This document shows, one piece after another, positions 38,165 through 48,489 of a stretch of DNA of 64,000 nucleotides. The stretch comes from Alphaproteobacteria bacterium. GTDB lineage: Bacteria > Pseudomonadota > Alphaproteobacteria > SHVP01. Positions within the stretch are counted from its first letter, which is position 1. Each line of letters begins with the position of its first letter. The DNA lies in contig JAYONB010000007.1 in NCBI GenBank assembly GCA_038121105.1, forward strand, positions 119,365-183,364, written 5' to 3'. Position numbers and translations under genes: made by a program. The notes beneath the pieces were generated by a model. It saw only the letters and a list, made by a program, of their open reading frames with translations, was not told the origin of the DNA and searched no databases.

Positions 38165-39067
38165 GTGTCCATGACCGACGCCGACACCCGCCCGCCCACG
38201 CGCCGGGTGCGCCACGCAATAGAAGGCCTCGGCGTCTCCGCGCTCGTCGCGCTGTGCCGATTGCTTTCGGTCGATGCCGCCTCCGCCCTCGGCGGCGCGG
38301 TCGCGCGCACCCTGGGCCCGCGCCTCGCGCTCACCCGCCGTGCCGCGCGGCACTATGCCCGCGCCTTCCCCGACGCGACCGAGACCGAGGTCGCGACCGC
38401 GATGCGCGCGATGTGGGACAACTTGGGCCGCACCGCGTTCGAATACCCCAACCTCACCAAGATCGAGTGCTACACCGGCACCCGCGTCACCGTGCGCGGC
38501 GCGGAACACGTCGATGCGCTACGCGACGACGGCCGCACCGGGATTTTCTTCTCGGGCCACATCGCCAATTGGGAAATCATGCCGCTCGCGGTCGCGCAAC
38601 GCGGCTGCGACATCTCGCTGGTCTACCGCGCCGCCAACAACCCGCATGTCGATCAAATGATCCTGCGCGCCCGGGGCGCCATCACCCATACCCACGTGCC
38701 CAAGGGCACCCCCGGCGCGCGGCAAATGGTGCGCCTCATCAAAGACGGTGGCCACCTCGGCATGTTGGTCGATCAAAAACACAACGGCGGCATCGAGGTG
38801 CCGTTCTTCGGTCACCCCGCAATGACCGCGCCGGCCATCGCGCAGCTCGCCCTCAAATACGATCTGCCCCTGGTGCCTTGCGCCGTCCGCCGCACCCACG
38901 GCGCCCATTTTGAGGTCACGATTCATCCGCCGCTGACACACCCCAACACCGGCGATGCGACCGCCGACGTGCGCACCCTGATGGGCACGATCAACACATT
39001 CCTAGAAGACGCCATCCGCGCCAATCCACCCCACTGGATGTGGCTGCATCGGCGCTGGATGGATTAG
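38165..39067 (+). CDS. lipid A biosynthesis lauroyl/myristoyl acyltransferase (LpxL/HtrB family)
   Basis: LpxL family (HIANWEIM acyltransferase motif). Confidence 0.85.
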   Translation: MSMTDADTRPPTRRVRHAIEGLGVSALVALCRLLSVDAASALGGAVARTLGPRLALTRRAARHYARAFPDATETEVATAMRAMWDNLGRTAFEYPNLTKIECYTGTRVTVRGAEHVDALRDDGRTGIFFSGHIANWEIMPLAVAQRGCDISLVYRAANNPHVDQMILRARGAITHTHVPKGTPGARQMVRLIKDGGHLGMLVDQKHNGGIEVPFFGHPAMTAPAIAQLALKYDLPLVPCAVRRTHGAHFEVTIHPPLTHPNTGDATADVRTLMGTINTFLEDAIRANPPHWMWLHRRWMD

Positions 39068-39876
39068 GGCGTCATCGGCCCGACGATCGTCGTGGGATCG
39101 ATCCGCACCTTGAACCAATTGATGCGCCAGTCGAGGTGCGGCCCGGTCGCCCGCCCGCCCGCGCCGACGGTCCCCATCGGATCGCCTTGCGCCAGCACCT
39201 CGCCCACCTTCACCGTCACCGTGTCCATGTGGAGGAACGCCGAGGATACCCCGTGGCCATGGTCGAGAATGATCGTGCCGCCGGTGTAGTAATGATCGGT
39301 CGCCGCCAGGGTCACGCGGCCGGCCGCGGGCGCCACCACCGGCGTGCCGGTCGGCGCGGCGATATCGACGCCGTAGTGCGGCCGCCTGGGTTGGCCGTTC
39401 AAGATGCGCTGCGAGCCGTAAACCCCCGAGATGCGCCCGCGCGACGGCCAAATGAAATCTTGCGCAAACCAGGTCTCGGGCAAATCGTTGGCCCGGGCCG
39501 CGCCGATCTCCGCGTTGTTGCGCCGAATCTGCGCGAGGTCCTCGGCGTTGGGCGTCACTTGGCGCGGCGGCAGCCCGTCGATGCGCTGCACGTCGTAGGT
39601 GCGCTTGGCGACCTCCAAGTTGCGCACCTCTTCGCGACCGTCGGCAAAACGCACGCGCAAACGCACCGGCCCCTCATGATCGCGCCCGAAGCCGAACACG
39701 AACCGCCCCTCGGGCGAGACCCGCAGCGCTCGATCGTCCAAGAAAACATCCGCGCCCGGTCCCGCCGCCCCGCGGATCAACCCGCCCTGCACGAAGGCGC
39801 CGTCCAGCGCGATCTCGGCCGCCACGGCAGGCATCGCCCACAGTAGCGCAACGACAAGACCGGCCAACCCGCGCAT
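39064..39876 (-). CDS. M23 family (LytM-domain) peptidase with signal peptide
   Basis: HxxxD...HLH motifs (YGVDIAAPTGTPV, GPHLDW). The start was chosen at MRGLAGLVVALLWAMPAVAA. Confidence 0.8.
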   Translation of the reverse strand: MRGLAGLVVALLWAMPAVAAEIALDGAFVQGGLIRGAAGPGADVFLDDRALRVSPEGRFVFGFGRDHEGPVRLRVRFADGREEVRNLEVAKRTYDVQRIDGLPPRQVTPNAEDLAQIRRNNAEIGAARANDLPETWFAQDFIWPSRGRISGVYGSQRILNGQPRRPHYGVDIAAPTGTPVVAPAAGRVTLAATDHYYTGGTIILDHGHGVSSAFLHMDTVTVKVGEVLAQGDPMGTVGAGGRATGPHLDWRINWFKVRIDPTTIVGPMTP

Positions 39877-39878
39877 CG

Positions 39879-40094
39879 CTATTTCCGCTGCTGGCGCAAC
39901 TCTTCGGAGCGCTTGAACGAAATATCGGCCGTCGCGTAGGCCTCTTGCACGTCCCAATCCCAATAGCGCAAATCCTGCAAGGTGATTTGCGCACCCGTCA
40001 CGGCGCAAACCACATAGCTGCCCGGTACGATCACATCGAAACTGCCCGAGTGGTATTTCAGTTTGGCTTCGCCGCCGCCTTTCGGTCCGTGCAT
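39879..40094 (-). CDS. small conserved hypothetical protein (71 aa)
   Basis: Compact ORF immediately downstream of xseA on the same strand. Confidence 0.4.
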   Translation of the reverse strand: MHGPKGGGEAKLKYHSGSFDVIVPGSYVVCAVTGAQITLQDLRYWDWDVQEAYATADISFKRSEELRQQRK

Positions 40095-41686
40095 TAGAAC
40101 AAATCTCCTTGTCCGCCTTCCGGCGCTTTGCCGCGCCGCGCGGTTTTGCGCGGCCTGGGCGTTTCCTTTTTGGCGGGCGCTTCGCCGCTCACCGTGGCGC
40201 CGACCGAGCCGTCGGCGAATTCGATCACCACCGCCGCGCCCGCACCGGTCTCCGCCACCCTTTTGATTGGCCGCGCACGATCCGCATCGCGCACCAACGC
40301 AAAGCCGCGCTCCAACACGTTTTGATAGGACAGCGTACGCAACAAACGCACCTGCGCCTCAAGCGCTTCCTCGGCCGAGGCCATGCGCGCAGTCATGTCG
40401 CGCGCCAACGCCGCCGCAACACGCTTGGTGCGCTCTTGGGCTTCTTCCAAGGTCTCCACGACCAGGCGCGGCTGCAAGCGCCCCGCCACATGATCGAAGG
40501 TCGTGCGGTGGTGCCGCACGTCGCCCGCCAACGCCCGCACCAAACCGCGCGCCGCCGTGGCCGTCCGGGTCCGCGCCGCGGCGCTGCGCTCGCGCAACAC
40601 GCTGGGCCGCAAGCCGCTTGCGGCCTCGCGCAAGGCGCCGCGTCGGCGCTCGAGCCCCGCGCCCAAGGCCCGGTCGAGCCGTAACGAAACGTCGTCCAAG
40701 CGTTGCGTCGCCAAGCCCAGCGCATCGCGCGGGTCGCGCAAGCCACGCTTGGCGGCCTGCAGCTCGGACCGCGCTTCGCGCATCCGCCGGTTCAGTCCCC
40801 CCAACAAGCGTTGCTGCAAATTGCTGACGTCGTAAATCAGCTCCGAACGCACCGGCACCGCCATCTCGGCCGCCGCTGTCGGCGTCGGCGCGCGCTTGTC
40901 CGAGGCATAGTCGATCAGCGTCGTGTCGGTTTCGTGCCCCACCGCCGAGATCAGCGGGATATCGCTTTCGGCCGTGGCGCGCACCACCGCTTCTTCGTTG
41001 AAGCACCACAAGTCCTCGATCGAGCCGCCGCCGCGCGCCACGATCAGCACGTCGGGGCGCGGCACGTCGCCTGATCCGTCAATCGCATTGAACCCGCGAA
41101 TCGCGCCCGCGATTTTTTCCGCCGCCGTATCGCCCTGCACCAACACCGGCCAAATCAACACATGACGCGGAAAACGATCGCGCAGTCGGTGCAAGATGTC
41201 GCGAATGACCGCACCCGTGGGCGAGGTCACCACGCCGATCACCTCGGGTAAATAGGGAATGGGTTTCTTGCGCGCCTCGTCGAACAGCCCTTCGGCCTGC
41301 AGCTTCTTGCGCCGCTCTTCCAACAGCGCCATCAGCGCGCCCACGCCCGCCGGCGCAACCGACTCGATGATGATCTGGTACTGCGATTTCTTGGCGAACG
41401 TGGTCAGCTTGCCGGTGACCACCACCTCCAGCCCTTCTTCGGGCTGGAACTTCAACCGCGCCCACGAATTGCGGAAGCAAATCCCTTCCAGCACCGCGTC
41501 CGAATCCTTCAGCGTCAAATAGGCATGGCCCGAGGCCGCCCGGTAGATCCGGCCGATCTCGCCCTTGACCCGTACCCGCCCGAACGAGTCCTCGATCTGG
41601 CGCTTCAGCGCGCCCGCGATCTCGCCCACCGAATATTCGGGCACGTTGGGCGCGGCATCGGGGGCGGTGTCGAGGAGGTCTGTCAT
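40094..41686 (-). CDS. xseA: exodeoxyribonuclease VII large subunit
   Basis: OB fold plus ExoVII catalytic domain. The start was chosen at MTDLLD (41686); the track ORF extends upstream through GC-rich repeats. Confidence 0.9.
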   Translation of the reverse strand: MTDLLDTAPDAAPNVPEYSVGEIAGALKRQIEDSFGRVRVKGEIGRIYRAASGHAYLTLKDSDAVLEGICFRNSWARLKFQPEEGLEVVVTGKLTTFAKKSQYQIIIESVAPAGVGALMALLEERRKKLQAEGLFDEARKKPIPYLPEVIGVVTSPTGAVIRDILHRLRDRFPRHVLIWPVLVQGDTAAEKIAGAIRGFNAIDGSGDVPRPDVLIVARGGGSIEDLWCFNEEAVVRATAESDIPLISAVGHETDTTLIDYASDKRAPTPTAAAEMAVPVRSELIYDVSNLQQRLLGGLNRRMREARSELQAAKRGLRDPRDALGLATQRLDDVSLRLDRALGAGLERRRGALREAASGLRPSVLRERSAAARTRTATAARGLVRALAGDVRHHRTTFDHVAGRLQPRLVVETLEEAQERTKRVAAALARDMTARMASAEEALEAQVRLLRTLSYQNVLERGFALVRDADRARPIKRVAETGAGAAVVIEFADGSVGATVSGEAPAKKETPRPRKTARRGKAPEGGQGDLF

Positions 41687-41797
41687 GGCTGAGCGGGCAT
41701 GGTACAAAGGTCCCTCCCAACCACCAAACACTCTCACGGCCCTGCCCCCGCCAGCACCCATCGCGATGCCATCTTTGCCCACCCGCGCTGTCCAAAC

Positions 41798-41931
41798 GCC
41801 TCCCCCTGCTTTCAGGGGGAGGTCGCCCAGCGGCGTAGCCGATGGGTGGGAAGGGGCCGCTACCCGAGCAACCGTCTTCGCCCCTTTGCCACCAACCCCC
41901 TCCCTGCCCTCCCCCTGCCCGCAGGGGGAGG
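41798..41931. repeat. two B-module-like hairpin repeats in the xseA/purD divergent region
   Basis: CGCCTCCCCCTgctttcAGGGGGAGGTCGCC (41798-41828) and CCCTCCCCCTgcccgcAGGGGGAGG (41907-41931). Confidence 0.7.
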
Positions 41932-42004
41932 AAGATGAGATCGGCACAACGCCACAAGGCGTTCAGTTCGATGCATGTGGAGAAGAGAAAGCCATGCCAG
42001 CATG

Positions 42005-43270
42005 AACATCCTCGTCGTCGGATCGGGCGCGCGCGAACATGCGCTGTGTTGGGCCATCGCCCGCTCGCCCCTCACTGATCAGCTCTTTTGCGCGCCGGGC
42101 AACGCCGGCATCGCCCAAGTGGCCACCTGCCTTCCTACCAGCGTCGACGACACCCCCGGCCTCCTCGCTGCCTGCCGCGCGCACGCCATCGATTTCGTCG
42201 TCGTCGGCCCCGAAGGCCCCTTGGTCGACGGGCTCGCCGATGCGCTCACCGAAGCCGGCATCAAGGTCTTCGGCCCCAGCGCCGCCGCCGCGATCCTCGA
42301 AGGCTCCAAAGGCTTCATGAAAGATCTGTGCGCTCAATACGGCATCCCGACTGCCGCCTATGGCCGCTTCACCGAAGCCACCGCCGCCAAAGATTTCATC
42401 GCCCGCACCGGCGCGCCCGTCGTGGTCAAGGCCGACGGCTTGGCCGCCGGCAAAGGCGTGATCATCGCCGAGACGGTGTCGGACGCGCATGCTGCGGTCG
42501 ACAACATCCTGGGCGGCCAATTCGGCGAGGCCGGGGCCGAGTTGGTCATCGAAGAATTCATTGAAGGCGAGGAAGCGAGCTTCTTCGCCCTGTGCGACGG
42601 CACCCACGTGCTGCCGCTGGCGGGCGCGCAAGACCACAAACGCGTCGGCGACGGCGACCAAGGCCCCAACACCGGCGGCATGGGCGCGTACTCGCCTGCC
42701 CCCGTGCTCGACGATGCCATGGCGAGCCGCGTCATGGACGAGATCGTCCGCCCCACCGTCGCCGCGATGACCGCCGAGGGCCGCCCCTACCGGGGCGTCT
42801 TGTACGCCGGCCTGATGATCACCGCCGAAGGCCCCAAGCTGATCGAATACAACGTGCGTTTCGGCGACCCCGAATGCCAGGTACTAATGGCGCGTCTCGA
42901 CTCGGATCTCGTGCCCGCGCTGATGGCCTGCGCCGACGGCGCCCTCGACAAGATCGCGCTCAATTGGAAAGACCAACCCGCCTTATGCGTCGTCATGGCC
43001 GCCAACGGCTATCCCGGCGCCTACGAGAAAGGCAGCGTCATCAAAAATCTTGAGGCCGCCGACGCGCTGGCGGGCGTCACCGTCTTCCACGCCGGCACCG
43101 CCACCAAAGACCACGCCACCGTCGCCACCGGCGGTCGCGTCCTCGGCGTCACCGCCTTGGGCGACACAATCGCTGCGGCCCAACAAAACGCCTACGCCGC
43201 CGTCGACCTCATCGACTGGCCCGGCGGCTTCTGCCGGCGCGACATCGGCTGGCGCGCCCTCGACCGCTAA
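42005..43270 (+). CDS. purD: phosphoribosylamine--glycine ligase
   Basis: [16 protein letters not shown]-terminus and ATP-grasp core. Confidence 0.95.
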   Translation, partial: NILVVGSGAREHALCWAIARSPLTDQLFCAPGNAGIAQVATCLPTSVDDTPGLLAACRAHAIDFVVVGPEGPLVDGLADALTEAGIKVFGPSAAAAILEGSKGFMKDLCAQYGIPTAAYGRFTEATAAKDFIARTGAPVVVKADGLAAGKGVIIAETVSDAHAAVDNILGGQFGEAGAELVIEEFIEGEEASFFALCDGTHVLPLAGAQDHKRVGDGDQGPNTGGMGAYSPAPVLDDAMASRVMDEIVRPTVAAMTAEGRPYRGVLYAGLMITAEGPKLIEYNVRFGDPECQVLMARLDSDLVPALMACADGALDKIALNWKDQPALCVVMAANGYPGAYEKGSVIKNLEAADALAGVTVFHAGTATKDHATVATGGRVLGVTALGDTIAAAQQNAYAAVDLIDWPGGFCRRDIGWRALDR

Positions 43271-43305
43271 CGCCGCTCACCCCATAACAAGATTGCTCAT
43301 CCTGA

Positions 43306-43340
43306 GGCGAATCGCGAAGCGTTGCGTCTCGAAGGACGAG
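43306..43340. repeat. solo A-module-like repeat (TCATCCTGAGGcgaatcgcgaagcgttgcGTCTCGAAGGACGAG)
   Basis: Shares the TCATCCTGAGG ... GTCYCGAAGG ends with the copies at 17571, 17818 and 31174. Confidence 0.6.
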
Positions 43341-43486
43341 AAAAGGGGTGGGGACAGAGAACGTGATTCTGCGCACCGCGCATAAACGGGTAGAATCGGC
43401 ATCATGTCCTATTCAAGTGAACCGCATCACACCACCCGGCACAGCGCACGCGCCGCGAAGACCGCCCAACGCCTTCCACCACAGCC

Positions 43487-43556
43487 GTTTTTTGGCTTCG
43501 TTTGTCGCCCAAAAGAGAGGGAGCATTGATTCAAAAAGATTTTTTGGCTTCGTTTG
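43487..43556. promoter_or_regulatory. direct repeat (G/A)TTTTTTGGCTTCGTTTG x2, 52 bp apart, upstream of the kinase gene
   Basis: Copies at 43487-43504 and 43539-43556, in a relatively AT-rich stretch. Confidence 0.35.
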
Positions 43557-43584
43557 GTAATTTCGCACTTCAGGGCCGTCGGTC

Positions 43585-44631
43585 ATGACCGAAAACCCTG
43601 ACGTTTTGCCGGCGCATCGCTTCGACGAGCGCCGCCTCGAAGATTGGCTCGCGGCCAACCTCGAGGGTTTCGCCGGGCCGATGACGGTGACCGAGTTCAA
43701 GGGCGGCCAGTCCAACCCGACCTACCGGTTGACCACGCCGGGGGCGTCCTACGTATTGCGCCGCAAGCCGCCCGGGACGCTCTTGCCCTCGGCGCACGCG
43801 GTTGATCGCGAATACCGTATCATGCATGCGCTGGCCGAGACCGGCGTGCCGGTGCCCCGCACCTATTTGTTATGCGAAGACGAAAGCATCGTCGGCACGA
43901 TGTTCTACGTGATGGATTTCCTCGACGGGCGCATCCTGTTCGACCCGCGCCTCCCCGAGGTCACCTCGACCCGCGACCGTGCGGCGATGTTCGATGCGAT
44001 GAACGAGGTCATCGCCGCCTTGCACACCGTCGATTACCAGGCGGTCGGCTTGGGCGATTTCGGGCGCGAGGGCGGCTACGTCGCGCGCCAGATCGGGCGC
44101 TGGTCCAAGCAATACAAGGCCAGCGAAACCGAGACCATCGACGCTATGGAACGCTTGATGGAGTGGTTGCCCGCGCACCTACCCGCGCACGACGAAACGA
44201 CGCTCGTGCACGGCGACTACCGCTTGGACAATCTGATCTTCCATCCCACCGAACCGCGCGTCATCGGCGTCTTGGATTGGGAGATCGCCACCTTGGGCAA
44301 CCCCTTGGCCGATTTCGCCTATCACGTCATGGCCTGGCGGGTCTCGCCCGACGAGTTCCGCGGCCTGCGCGAGGTCGATATCGAAAGCTTGGGCATTCCC
44401 AACGAGGCCGCTTACACCGCCGCCTACGCCCAACGCACCGGCCGCGAGGCGCTGCCCGATTGGGAATTTTACATGGCCTACAACCTGTTTCGCATGGCGG
44501 CCATCCTGCAAGGCATCATGGGCCGGGTGCGCGACGGCACCGCCGCCAACCCCGAAGCCGCCCGCATGGGCGCCCTCGTCCGCCCCCTCGCCACCCTCGC
44601 CTGGGCGCAAGCCGAAAAGATCGGCGACTAG
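43585..44631 (+). CDS. phosphotransferase enzyme family protein (APH-like kinase, ACAD10/11 N-terminal-domain-like)
   Basis: Protein-kinase-like fold motifs ([16 protein letters not shown]). Confidence 0.8.
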   Translation: MTENPDVLPAHRFDERRLEDWLAANLEGFAGPMTVTEFKGGQSNPTYRLTTPGASYVLRRKPPGTLLPSAHAVDREYRIMHALAETGVPVPRTYLLCEDESIVGTMFYVMDFLDGRILFDPRLPEVTSTRDRAAMFDAMNEVIAALHTVDYQAVGLGDFGREGGYVARQIGRWSKQYKASETETIDAMERLMEWLPAHLPAHDETTLVHGDYRLDNLIFHPTEPRVIGVLDWEIATLGNPLADFAYHVMAWRVSPDEFRGLREVDIESLGIPNEAAYTAAYAQRTGREALPDWEFYMAYNLFRMAAILQGIMGRVRDGTAANPEAARMGALVRPLATLAWAQAEKIGD

Positions 44632-45833
44632 GCGTTCGTGTACTGCCGCAACTCGCGCTTGGCGATGCCTTCGGCATGCACCTCGTCGGGCCCGTCGGCC
44701 ATGCGCAGGGCACGCGCCCAGGCCCAGGCATAGGCCAGGCCGTAGTCTTCCGAGAAGCCCCCGGCGCCATGCACCTGCATTGCGCGATCAAGAATGGTCT
44801 GCGTCATCATCGGCACCGCGACCTTGATCATGGCGATCTCGTTGCGCGCTTCTTTGGCGCCGACCTGGTCGATCATCCAGGCGGTCTTCAGCACCAGCAG
44901 GCGCGCCTGTTCGATCTCGATGCGGCTTTGCGCGATCTGCTGGCGCAACGCCCCTTGTTCAGCCAACGGCTTGCCGAAGGCGACGCGTGTGGTCACCCGG
45001 CGGCACATGGTTTCCAGCGCTCGTTCGGCCACGCCGATCTGACGCATGCAGTGATGAATGCGCCCCGGCCCCAGGCGGCCCTGGGCGATCTCGAAGCCAC
45101 GCCCTTCGCCCAGGATCAAGTTCGTGACGGGCACGCGCACGTTTTCGAACGTCACTTCGCAATGGCCGTGCGGCGCATCGTCGAACCCGAACAAACCCAG
45201 CTTGCGCACGATGGTGACGCCCGCCGTATCGCGCGGCACCAGGATCTGCGATTGCTGCTTGTGGCGCGGTGCGGAGGGATCGGTCTTGCCCATCACGATG
45301 AAGATCCTGCAATCGGGATGCGCCGCATTGGTGATCCACCATTTGCGCCCGTTGATCACATAGTCGTCGCCGTCCCGCGTGATCGAGGTTTCGACGTTGG
45401 TCGCATCCGAGGACGCGACATCGGGCTCGGTCATGCAAAACGCCGAGCGGATCTTGCCTTCCAACAACGGCGTCAGCCATTCGGCCTTTTGGGCGTCGTT
45501 GGCGTAGTTTGCCAGCAGCTCCATGTTGCCGGTATCGGGCGCGTTGCAGTTGAACACTTCGGGCGCGAACGGCACCCGGCCCATCACCTCGCACAGCGGC
45601 GCGTATTCCAAGTTGGTCAGCCCCAGCGCCAGCTCGTCGTCGGGCAGGAACAGATTCCACAAGCCCTCGGCTTTGGCCTTTGCCTTCAGCTCCTCCATGA
45701 TCGGCGGCACCCGCCAGCGCTCTTCGTCGAGCTGGGCCGCATAGACGCTCTCGGCCGGATAGACATGCGCATCCATAAAGGCATGCAGCTTGGGCAACAG
45801 TTGTTTGGTTTTTTCCGGATGTTCGACGACCAT
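44628..45833 (-). CDS. acyl-CoA dehydrogenase family protein
   Basis: ACAD N-terminal, middle and C-terminal domains ([19 protein letters not shown]). Confidence 0.9.
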   Translation of the reverse strand: MVVEHPEKTKQLLPKLHAFMDAHVYPAESVYAAQLDEERWRVPPIMEELKAKAKAEGLWNLFLPDDELALGLTNLEYAPLCEVMGRVPFAPEVFNCNAPDTGNMELLANYANDAQKAEWLTPLLEGKIRSAFCMTEPDVASSDATNVETSITRDGDDYVINGRKWWITNAAHPDCRIFIVMGKTDPSAPRHKQQSQILVPRDTAGVTIVRKLGLFGFDDAPHGHCEVTFENVRVPVTNLILGEGRGFEIAQGRLGPGRIHHCMRQIGVAERALETMCRRVTTRVAFGKPLAEQGALRQQIAQSRIEIEQARLLVLKTAWMIDQVGAKEARNEIAMIKVAVPMMTQTILDRAMQVHGAGGFSEDYGLAYAWAWARALRMADGPDEVHAEGIAKRELRQYTNA

Positions 45834-45917
45834 GGAAACTCTCTTTGTAGGGCAGACCTGCCGTTTGTATCAGGAATTCTCGGACAAGGCGCATTGACGC
45901 CCCGCAAATTGGCGGCG

Positions 45918-46373
45918 CTACCGCCGGCTCTTGAAAAACTCTTTCAGCAAGGCCGCGGCCCGCGATTCGTCCAAACCGCCGTAGGTTTCCGGCGCATGGT
46001 GGCAGGTGCTTTGGGCAAAGATGCGCGGGCCGTTTTCGACCCCGCCGCCCTTGGCGTCGGCCGCGCCGTAATACAGCCGTCGCAGCCGGGCAAAGCTGAT
46101 CGCCTGGGCGCACATCGGGCAGGGCTCCAGCGTCACGTAAAGATCGCAGTCGTTCAGCCGCTCCGCGCCCAACTTCGCCGCCGCCGTGCGGATCACCACC
46201 ATTTCGGCATGGGCCGTAGGATCGTTATCGGTCCGCGTGCGATTGCCGGCGGCCGCAATCACCGCGCCCGTGGCATCGACCAGCACCGCGCCCACCGGCA
46301 CCTCGCCGGCACGTGCCGCCGCCTCGGCTTCGGCCAAGGCTTGGGCCATGGGGGTTTCGCCACTTGCCGTCAT
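45918..46373 (-). CDS. tadA: tRNA-specific adenosine deaminase
   Basis: CDA motif HAEMVVI...PCPMCAQA. Confidence 0.85.
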   Translation of the reverse strand: MTASGETPMAQALAEAEAAARAGEVPVGAVLVDATGAVIAAAGNRTRTDNDPTAHAEMVVIRTAAAKLGAERLNDCDLYVTLEPCPMCAQAISFARLRRLYYGAADAKGGGVENGPRIFAQSTCHHAPETYGGLDESRAAALLKEFFKSRR

Positions 46374-46459
46374 GCCCCCGACCTTGGGCCCCGCCCCGCC
46401 CAACGGTCAAGCCTGACCGGCAATTGCGTGCCGCGAAAGGCGGCCTTAGTGTCCGCGCC

Positions 46460-47173
46460 ATGAGCAAATCTCCCCTGATCGGCATAACCGTCGATTCCGA
46501 AGAGCCGGGCGCCTACTCCAACAAGCCTTGGTTTGCCTTGCGCCAAAACTACTGCAGTGCGGTGACCAATGCCGGCGGCACCGTCGTGATGTTGCCGCAC
46601 GATGCCGGAGCCGCCGAACGCTACGCCGATCTGTTGGACGGCTTGGTGGTCTCCGGCGGCAACTTCGATGTCGACCCTGCGCTATTCGGCGCCATCGAAC
46701 GACACGCCACCGTCACGACCAAAGACGAACGCACGGCGTTCGAGGCCGACATCACCAAAGCCATGCTGGCGCGCGACAAGCCGGTGCTGGGCATTTGCGG
46801 CGGCCAGCAGCTCTTGCACGTCATCCTGGGCGGCACGTTGGTGCAGCACATTCCCGATGCGGTGCCGAATGCGCTTGCCCACGAACAACCCAACCCGCGC
46901 GACGAACCCGGCCATACCGTTGCAGTCACCCCCGATACCTTGCTGCACCGGATCGTTGGCGCCGACGAACTGCCGGTCAACAGCGCGCACCACCAGGCCG
47001 CCGCGCATGACGGCGAGGCCGTCGTGATCAACGCGGTGGCACCGGACGGCGTGGTCGAGGGTATCGAATCCCCTGCCCACCGGTTTTGCCTGGGTGTTCA
47101 ATGGCACCCGGAATACGACATCAGCGAAGGCGACGCGAAAATCTTCCGCGCCTTCATCGCGGCCGCCCAATGA
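46460..47173 (+). CDS. gamma-glutamyl-GABA hydrolase-like class I glutamine amidotransferase (peptidase C26)
   Basis: GICGGQQ catalytic Cys motif and a conserved His. Confidence 0.8.
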   Translation: MSKSPLIGITVDSEEPGAYSNKPWFALRQNYCSAVTNAGGTVVMLPHDAGAAERYADLLDGLVVSGGNFDVDPALFGAIERHATVTTKDERTAFEADITKAMLARDKPVLGICGGQQLLHVILGGTLVQHIPDAVPNALAHEQPNPRDEPGHTVAVTPDTLLHRIVGADELPVNSAHHQAAAHDGEAVVINAVAPDGVVEGIESPAHRFCLGVQWHPEYDISEGDAKIFRAFIAAAQ

Positions 47174-47910
47174 GCACGTCAGAAGCGGCACCGCCGGGCG
47201 AACGCATCGCCAAGCGCATCGCCCGCGCCGGCCTTTGCTCGCGTCGCGAAGCCGAACGCTGGATCGAACAAGGCCGGGTGGCCGTCGACGGCGTCCTTCT
47301 CACCACGCCCGCGTTCACCGTCACCAAAGACAACAAGGTCATGGTCGACGGCAGGCCGTTGCCTGCGGCACAAGAGACCCGCCTGTGGCGCTATCACAAA
47401 CCGCCTGGCCTCGTGACCACCAACCGCGACGAGTTGGGTCGCGACACGATCTTTGATCATCTGCCCAAGAACTTGCCGCGCGTGCTCACCGTCGGAAGAC
47501 TCGACCTCAACTCAGAAGGACTTTTGCTGCTCACCAACGACGGCGATCTTGCGCGCAAGCTCGAACTCCCCGCGACCGGTTGGACCCGGCGCTACCGCGT
47601 GCGCGTCTATGGCCGGGTCGACCAGGCCAAGCTCGATCCCCTCAAGCGTGGCGTCACCATCGAAGGCGTTGGATACGACTCGATTGTCGCCTCCGTCGAC
47701 AAGCAGCAAGGCAGCAATGCGTGGCTCACCGTCTCGCTCCGCGAGGGTAAGAACCGCGAAATTCGTCGCGTGATGGAGCACCTGGGCTGGCCCGTCTCGC
47801 GCCTCATTAGGCTTGCTTACGGTCCCTTCCAGCTCGGCAACCTCAAAGCCGGCGCGGTCGAACCGGTACCGCACAAGGTATTGCGCGAACAATTGGGCCA
47901 GGGCCGCTAG
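47170..47910 (+). CDS. rluB: 23S rRNA pseudouridine synthase (RluB/RsuA family)
   Basis: S4 domain (ERIAKRIARAGLCSRREAERWI) and PsuS motif VGRLDLNSEGLLLLTNDG. Confidence 0.85.
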   Translation: MSTSEAAPPGERIAKRIARAGLCSRREAERWIEQGRVAVDGVLLTTPAFTVTKDNKVMVDGRPLPAAQETRLWRYHKPPGLVTTNRDELGRDTIFDHLPKNLPRVLTVGRLDLNSEGLLLLTNDGDLARKLELPATGWTRRYRVRVYGRVDQAKLDPLKRGVTIEGVGYDSIVASVDKQQGSNAWLTVSLREGKNREIRRVMEHLGWPVSRLIRLAYGPFQLGNLKAGAVEPVPHKVLREQLGQGR

Positions 47911-48485
47911 TGCTGCGGATCGTTTCCGGCGTCTACAGGGGTCGCAAACTCGAAACCGCTCCTGGTAATGCCTTGCGCCCCACCGCCGAACGCGTGCGCG
48001 AGGCGATCTTCAACAAGCTCACCCACGGCCTGATCACTCAAAGCGGTGCACCGCTGACCGACTTGCAGGTCCTCGATGTCTTCGCCGGCACCGGCGCCCT
48101 GGGATTCGAAGCGCTCTCGCGCGGCGCGCTGCGGGTGGTCTTCATCGAAAACGACGCTGCCACGGCGCGCCTCATCAAACGCAACGCTGAACACCTCGGC
48201 GCCGGGAATACCACCACCGTCGTCCGGCGCGACGCAACGCAACCCGGCGCGGGCCGCACTCCCGCCGGGCTCGTTCTGATGGACGCGCCCTATCGGTCGG
48301 GCCTCACGACGCCCGCGCTCGACGCGCTCAATCAAGGCGGTTGGATCACCCCCGGCGCGATCATCGTGATCGAAGTCGGGCGAGACGAAGAAATCACCCT
48401 GCCGGAAGGCTTTGACGCGATCGACGATCGGCGCTATGGCGCGGCGCGGGTGTTGTATGTGCGTGGGCCGACCGGTCCGGCCTAG
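47910..48485 (+). CDS. rsmD: 16S rRNA (guanine966-N2)-methyltransferase
   Basis: RsmD family motifs VLDVFAGTGALGFEALSRGA and DAPY. Confidence 0.85.
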   Translation: MLRIVSGVYRGRKLETAPGNALRPTAERVREAIFNKLTHGLITQSGAPLTDLQVLDVFAGTGALGFEALSRGALRVVFIENDAATARLIKRNAEHLGAGNTTTVVRRDATQPGAGRTPAGLVLMDAPYRSGLTTPALDALNQGGWITPGAIIVIEVGRDEEITLPEGFDAIDDRRYGAARVLYVRGPTGPA

Positions 48486-48489
48486 TCGC

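Noticed and set aside
17682-41931. Possibility that the recurring CCTCCCCCT/AGGGGGAGG hairpins form a CRISPR array
   Set aside because: The copies are single or paired, kilobases apart and variable in sequence and length. They are palindromic within themselves, with no regular repeat-spacer periodicity and no cas genes.
43872-46463. 863-aa plus-strand ORF
   Set aside because: It runs out of frame through the kinase gene, then antisense through the ACAD and tadA genes. It exists only because GC-rich DNA is stop-poor, and it shows no protein-like conservation.
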